A DNA stretch of 64,000 nt, taken from Vulcanimicrobiota bacterium. GTDB lineage: Bacteria; Vulcanimicrobiota; Vulcanimicrobiia; Vulcanimicrobiales; Vulcanimicrobiaceae. The first letter of the stretch is position 1; each line of letters starts with the position of its first letter. The DNA lies in assembly GCA_963723515.1 (NCBI GenBank), contig CAVRQT010000003.1, positions 640,001-704,000 on the forward strand. The letters run 5' to 3'. Position numbers and translations under genes: made by a program. The notes below the pieces were generated by a model. The model was given only the letters and a program-made list of their open reading frames with translations. It ran no database searches and was not told where the DNA came from. Shown piece by piece: positions 59,563 through 64,000 of this stretch.

Positions 59563-61953
59563 TTACGGATCGACGTCGATCGTCGTGCGCGTCGTCCGGT
59601 CGCGGTGAGCGCGCGGCAATATTGCGTCGCGCAGATAGCGGCGCAGCGCGGGCGCTTGGTGTGTCTTCAGAGCGATTCGGTAACGCCACTCGTCATTGAG
59701 CCGCGCGATCGGAAAGGGCGCCGGTCCTAAGATTTCAGCGTTCCCATCAGCGCGCAGGAGCGAGGCATATGTATCGGCGCGCTCCACGACAGCCTCGCGG
59801 TTCTTGCCGATCACTCCGACGTAGATCAGCCGCACGTACGGCGGCCACTGGGCGGCTCTTCGTTCTTCAAGTTCGCGTTTTGCGAAAGTGTCATAATCGT
59901 GCTGCGCAGCCAGACGGATCGCGGGATGTTCCGGTACGTACGTCTGAATGATCGCTTCGCCGGGCTGCGCTCGACCGCTGCGTCCGCATAATTGCGCGAG
60001 CAGCGCAAAGGTTTGCTCCGCTCCGCGAAAATCACTTCCGTAAAGACCAAGTTCGGCTAAAACGACCGCCGCGAGCGTCACTTGCGGAAAGTCGAGCCCC
60101 TTGGCCACCATCTGAGTGCCGACGAGCACGTCGGCGTCGCCGTCGAACTCGTCCAGAAGGCGCGCATGGTCGCCAACGTGCGTCGTCGTGTCGCTGTCCA
60201 TCCGAACGACGCGCGCACCGCTGAACAGGCGCTGCACCTCCGAAGCGACCTTCTCCGTGCCGATTCCGAAGTCGCGCGTTGTCGCCGCAGCACACTGCGG
60301 ACACCGCTCGAAGAGCATTTCTTGCGCATCGCAGTAGTGGCAGCGCAATAGACTTTCGCTGCGATGCACCGTCAATGCGACCGCGCACCGTTTGCAGCTG
60401 GGCACGAAGCCGCAGTTGCGGCATAACAAGAAGCGCGCCGTTCCGCGACGGTTGATCAGCAAAACGCATTTCTCGCGCCGGTCGAGCCGTGCACCGAGCG
60501 CCTCGATCAACGGAGAACTAAGAACCGTTCGACTGCCTCCCTCCGCTTCTGCCGCCATATCGACGATGCGAACGGTGGGCAACGGCTGTGCACTGGGGCG
60601 TCCGTGCAGGCGCAGATACGTTAAGCGTCCCGCTTGAGCGGCCGCATACGATTCAACCGACGGCGTGGCGCTCCCCAGAACGAGGACCCCGTTTTCAAGT
60701 TGCATTCGCTTGCGGGCGACCGTGACCGCGTCGTAGCGCGGAACGTTCTCTTGCTTGTATGCGCTTTCGTGTGCTTCATCAACGATCAGGATTCGTACGT
60801 TTCCCAGCGGCGCAAAGACAGCGCTTCGGGCGCCTACGACGACGTCGATATCACCACGCGCCGCAGCTTGCCAAGCGTCGTACCGTTCGCGCTCCGAGAG
60901 CGCGGAATGAAAGACGGCCACGCGGCCGCCGAAGGCATCGCGAAAGCGACGCGCGGTTTGCGGGGTTAACGATATCTCCGGAACGAGAACGATTGCGCGG
61001 CCGCCGGCCGCGATCACCTTTTCGATGGCGCGAATGTAGATCAGCGTCTTGCCGCTTCCAGCAACGCCGTGCAAGAGAATTTGACTGAACCGTCGTTCCT
61101 GCGCGCGCGCCTGAATCTCGGCGACCGCATCGGCTTGCTCCGATGTCAGCGTAAAGGCGTCGATCGCGGCGTCACGTTGGAAAATGTTGTTCTTCGGCGC
61201 GCGTTCGACTTGGCGCAACGCGCCCGCCTTGACGGCTCGCGCGATTAGTGCGCGTGAATACCCAGCCAAGAGTGCGTCGGCTCTCCAAACGCCGCCTTGA
61301 TCGGCGACGAACTGAACGAGCTTGGCGGCGCGGGGCCCGCGAACCACCCGGTCGCTCGCATGCAGCCAGGCTTCCGTGTACGCGTGCATGCGTGGATCGA
61401 GGAATGTCCGTCTGCGGGTCAACGCTCCGCCCCCTTCGAGCACTTGCACGTATCGCAGCAGCGAGCGACGGTCGCCGCATCGGCGTGCTTCAGGGTGTCT
61501 GAGCAAAGCGCCGAGCGTAAAGCGGTCCGGGAGTTCACTCCAAATCAGCTTGATGAGCCGCGGCGGTATGCTTGCGTATCGCTCCTGCGTAGGGGCCGTG
61601 CGTTCGCGCTCGAGCTCGTCGACATTGCGCGGAATCGCAGAGCTCAATACGACCGCGCACAGCGCTTCGCCGAGCGTACAGACATAATACTCCGAGATGA
61701 ACTTCGCAAGCGCCAGCCCGGTACGATCAAAAGCCGGCGGCACGGCGGTCTTCTCAATGATGGGGCGCAACGGGCGTTCGTCAAGACGCTCGTGCGGCAC
61801 CGAGATGACGAAGGCAAACGTTTGACGTTTCCCGAGTGGCACGCGAACGACGTCGCCGATGCGGATCTCGTCTTCGGTGCACGCATACGTGAGCGGCAGA
61901 TCGAACCGCGACGATCGAAGTATCGGGAGCGCCTCGACGGCGCGCCGGCTTAC
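59563..61953 (-). CDS. priA: Primosomal protein N' (probable GTA start overlapping upstream TAA)
   Basis: FDLPLTY..GDVVRVPLG N-terminus, GVAGSGKT, VPEISLTPQ, DEAH, Cys clusters, GTQMVAKGLDF. Confidence 0.96.
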   Translation of the reverse strand, partial: VSRRAVEALPILRSSRFDLPLTYACTEDEIRIGDVVRVPLGKRQTFAFVISVPHERLDERPLRPIIEKTAVPPAFDRTGLALAKFISEYYVCTLGEALCAVVLSSAIPRNVDELERERTAPTQERYASIPPRLIKLIWSELPDRFTLGALLRHPEARRCGDRRSLLRYVQVLEGGGALTRRRTFLDPRMHAYTEAWLHASDRVVRGPRAAKLVQFVADQGGVWRADALLAGYSRALIARAVKAGALRQVERAPKNNIFQRDAAIDAFTLTSEQADAVAEIQARAQERRFSQILLHGVAGSGKTLIYIRAIEKVIAAGGRAIVLVPEISLTPQTARRFRDAFGGRVAVFHSALSERERYDAWQAAARGDIDVVVGARSAVFAPLGNVRILIVDEAHESAYKQENVPRYDAVTVARKRMQLENGVLVLGSATPSVESYAAAQAGRLTYLRLHGRPSAQPLPTVRIVDMAAEAEGGSRTVLSSPLIEALGARLDRREKCVLLINRRGTARFLLCRNCGFVPSCKRCAVALTVHRSESLLRCHYCDAQEMLFERCPQCAAATTRDFGIGTEKVASEVQRLFSGARVVRMDSDTTTHVGDHARLLDEFDGDADVLVGTQMVAKGLDFPQVTLAAVVLAELGLYGSDFRGAEQTFALLAQLCGRSGRAQPGEAIIQTYVPEHPAIRLAAQHDYDTFAKRELEERRAAQWPPYVRLIYVGVIGKNREAVVERADTYASLLRADGNAEILGPAPFPIARLNDEWRYRIALKTHQAPALRRYLRDAILPRAHRDRTTRTTIDVDP

Positions 61954-62660
61954 GGTTTGCGTTTCGGCGCGCAGGTCTTCACGACTTCGCGAACCTGCTG
62001 CGTCGTTTGTGCCTCAGTCTGGGCAAGCTGCCCGCGCAGCGTCTGAACGTCTTCAAAGACGTTCGTCGTCAGCGCCCCGATGTCGCTTAGTGCCATCGAG
62101 GGATGGGCGGCCTTTGCGGCTTGCAGCTGTTGGGCCTGGACGCTTTCGGTAGGTCCTGAGGCTGCAACCATCTTGCGTTCCGTTTCATCGCCGCTATAGA
62201 GCAGACTCATGTCGGCGGTATCGGCATAGCCGTTGAGTTGGTCGGCAACCGCATTCTGTTGTGCGACGACCGTGTCCAGGGAATCGGCAACGTTCGAAAA
62301 ATGGTGTGATTCTTCCGGGTTGGCGCTTGCGGCGGCAAGAACGTGCAGCTTCATCAGCTCCTTCTTCGCGTCGTCCAAGTTTTTGAAGATCTGAAGCCCC
62401 AGCTGACGCGTTCGGTTGACGGCGAAGCGCGTGGTCGCTTCGTTGGCCGAATCGACATTGGCAAGGCCGACGACTGCTTTCGAAATCGTGCCGTCGTTAC
62501 GAATGAGCATCGGCAGAACGCGCAAGAGAGTCCGCTGGCCGTCGCTGCAGTGGCCGCGCGAATAAACGTTGCCGATCAACGGCGGAAGCGTCGGCTGCGG
62601 TGTTGGAATCGCTATTGCCGACGCTGTGATGACCGGAAGGAGAAACCCAAACATACTCAC
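61950..62660 (-). CDS. Hypothetical secreted helical protein
   Basis: Signal-like N-terminus, PTP..PPLIG.V motif, helical heptads, Cys near both ends. Confidence 0.75.
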   Translation of the reverse strand: MSMFGFLLPVITASAIAIPTPQPTLPPLIGNVYSRGHCSDGQRTLLRVLPMLIRNDGTISKAVVGLANVDSANEATTRFAVNRTRQLGLQIFKNLDDAKKELMKLHVLAAASANPEESHHFSNVADSLDTVVAQQNAVADQLNGYADTADMSLLYSGDETERKMVAASGPTESVQAQQLQAAKAAHPSMALSDIGALTTNVFEDVQTLRGQLAQTEAQTTQQVREVVKTCAPKRKP

Positions 62661-62682
62661 CTGTTATAACATAACCTCTGCC

Positions 62683-63774
62683 CTAGACAAACTCTCGCGC
62701 CGAGGGGACCGTGACGCAAGCCGCGACCGCGCGCCGCAGCACGCGTGCGGGGAGCTCGATGCCGCGTTCGACATCACCAATCGCCAGCGGCAGCACGAAC
62801 TGAAGACGCCCCCCTTCACGCTTCTTGTCAACGCCGAGGCACCGAAAAATCTCCTCCGCGGGGACGCTTGTTCGTAGCGGCAGGCCAAGTAAGGCCAGCA
62901 GCGTGAGGACCCGCCCGTGCTCGACTCGGGTAAATCGACCGATCGCGAGCGCGGCGACGCCTGCCGCCCGCAATCCGATTGAAACGGCGGCGCCGTGCGA
63001 AACGCGATATCGGCTCGCACGCTCGATCGCATGCGCAAAGGTGTGACCTAGGTTCAGGATATCGCGAGCGCCGGCTTCGGCCGCATCGTCAGCGACGTGC
63101 ATGGTCTTCACTTTTATCGCTTCTTCAACGACCTCGTTCCACGGCCAGCTTGGAAAGGGCAGCGCGGCGACCTCTTCCAGCAACGTGAACAAAGGGTTGC
63201 CTTCGATGATGGCGGCCTTGACGATTTCGGCGAGGCCCTCGCGAAGGCGCGCGTACGGCAACGTTCGCAAAGCGTCGAGGTCGCAAAAGACCGCGCTCGG
63301 CTGATGAATCGTTCCCGCGAGATTTTTTCCGCGCATCAGATTGACGGTCGTCTTACCGCCGATGGCGGCGTCAACCATCGCCAGTAGCGTCGTCGGAATT
63401 CCAATATACTCAACGCCGCGCATGCAAAGCGCGGCGGCTAACCCAAAGAGATCCGCGGCGAGACCGCCGCCGACGCCGAGGATCACCGATGAACGTTCGA
63501 TTCCTGCGTCGATCAAGGCATCCAAAACGCGCTCGACGTTTTCAAGCGTTTTCCCGCGCTCGTCTAATGAAAAGCGTTGAATCTGTCCGCTTTTCTTGAT
63601 TCCTCTAGTGAAGTGCTCCGCGAAGGACGCGACGTTTCGATCGGCCACGACGAAGACGCCGTTGCGATTCCCTAAGAACCGTTGAAGTTCGCTCCGAAGG
63701 GTATGTCCCACGACGATCGGATAGCCGAGATCGTCGTTGCGGATCAAAGAGCGAGTCTCTTGCGATGCATCCAC
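62683..63774 (-). CDS. aroB: 3-dehydroquinate synthase
   Basis: GGG..D..G, PTTLLAMVDAAIGGKT, GKNL.G, LNLGHTFAHAIE, HGAAV, DKK. Confidence 0.96.
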   Translation of the reverse strand: MDASQETRSLIRNDDLGYPIVVGHTLRSELQRFLGNRNGVFVVADRNVASFAEHFTRGIKKSGQIQRFSLDERGKTLENVERVLDALIDAGIERSSVILGVGGGLAADLFGLAAALCMRGVEYIGIPTTLLAMVDAAIGGKTTVNLMRGKNLAGTIHQPSAVFCDLDALRTLPYARLREGLAEIVKAAIIEGNPLFTLLEEVAALPFPSWPWNEVVEEAIKVKTMHVADDAAEAGARDILNLGHTFAHAIERASRYRVSHGAAVSIGLRAAGVAALAIGRFTRVEHGRVLTLLALLGLPLRTSVPAEEIFRCLGVDKKREGGRLQFVLPLAIGDVERGIELPARVLRRAVAACVTVPSAREFV

Positions 63775-64000
63775 TCGACGATGTGATCGACGATCTGCGG
63801 TGCTCGAAGATGATCCGCAGTTACGGTCAGGTCGGAACTTGCGTAGCTCGCGCTTCGCTTCTCGTAAAGCTCTCGAATGTGGTGGAGCGATGGATGCGGT
63901 CCAAGCAACGGCCGCACGCGGCGACTGTGGGCGAGGCGCCCGGCAATCACTTCGACCGGCACCTTAATGAAAATCCGATACGTGTGCTTCTTCAGGAGTT
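63744..64000 (-). CDS. aroK: Shikimate kinase, 3' part (start outside window)
   Basis: ..RIFIKVPVEVIAGRL..RPLL..LYEKR..Y; precedes aroB. Confidence 0.85.
   Translation of the reverse strand, partial: LLKKHTYRIFIKVPVEVIAGRLAHSRRVRPLLGPHPSLHHIRELYEKRSASYASSDLTVTADHLRAPQIVDHIVEWMHRKRLAL

Noticed and set aside
62666..62693. TTATGTTATAA on the minus strand resembling a XerD arm of canonical dif
   Set aside because: No convincing partner arm; better explained as the -10 region of the downstream gene

Overview
GC-rich bacterial chromosomal segment that is mostly housekeeping. The combination of PknB-PASTA kinase, CdaA-CdaR-GlmM, a c-di-AMP riboswitch, NFACT/RqcH, MlaEFD and leaderless genes suggests a diderm Terrabacteria lineage such as Ca. 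Eremiobacterota (inference only). From 1.7 to 41.1 kb nearly all genes are on the + strand: tRNA-Leu/Gly, tig-clpP-clpX, valS, pyrR-pyrB-pyrC-carA, a MoxR/DUF58/VWA cassette, a ClpN-PdxH fusion, carB, PBP-pknB-ruvCAB-spoIID-queA, a cupredoxin/ECF cassette, gmk-rpoZ-glmS, an M23 peptidase, rph, mlaEFD and panE. From 41.2 to 64 kb most genes are on the - strand: xer, mdh, gdhA, tRNA-Gln, NlpC/P60, glmM-cdaR-cdaA, phaC, priA, aroB and aroK. At the switch point a single Xer-type tyrosine recombinase has a 28-bp dif-like site directly upstream. Two further ~45-bp copies follow, each carrying one dif arm plus its flank and ending inside the crossover spacer. Other notable items are an unannotated ~290-nt highly structured RNA whose outer stem buries the carB start codon, repeated non-canonical start codons (CTG, GTA, CTA, ATC) at stop/start overlaps, a protamine-like DUF6496 protein with an internal TAG, and an S20 with a basic tail; the ORF track missed the last two. 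Several essential genes carry single-base frameshifts, most likely assembly indels.
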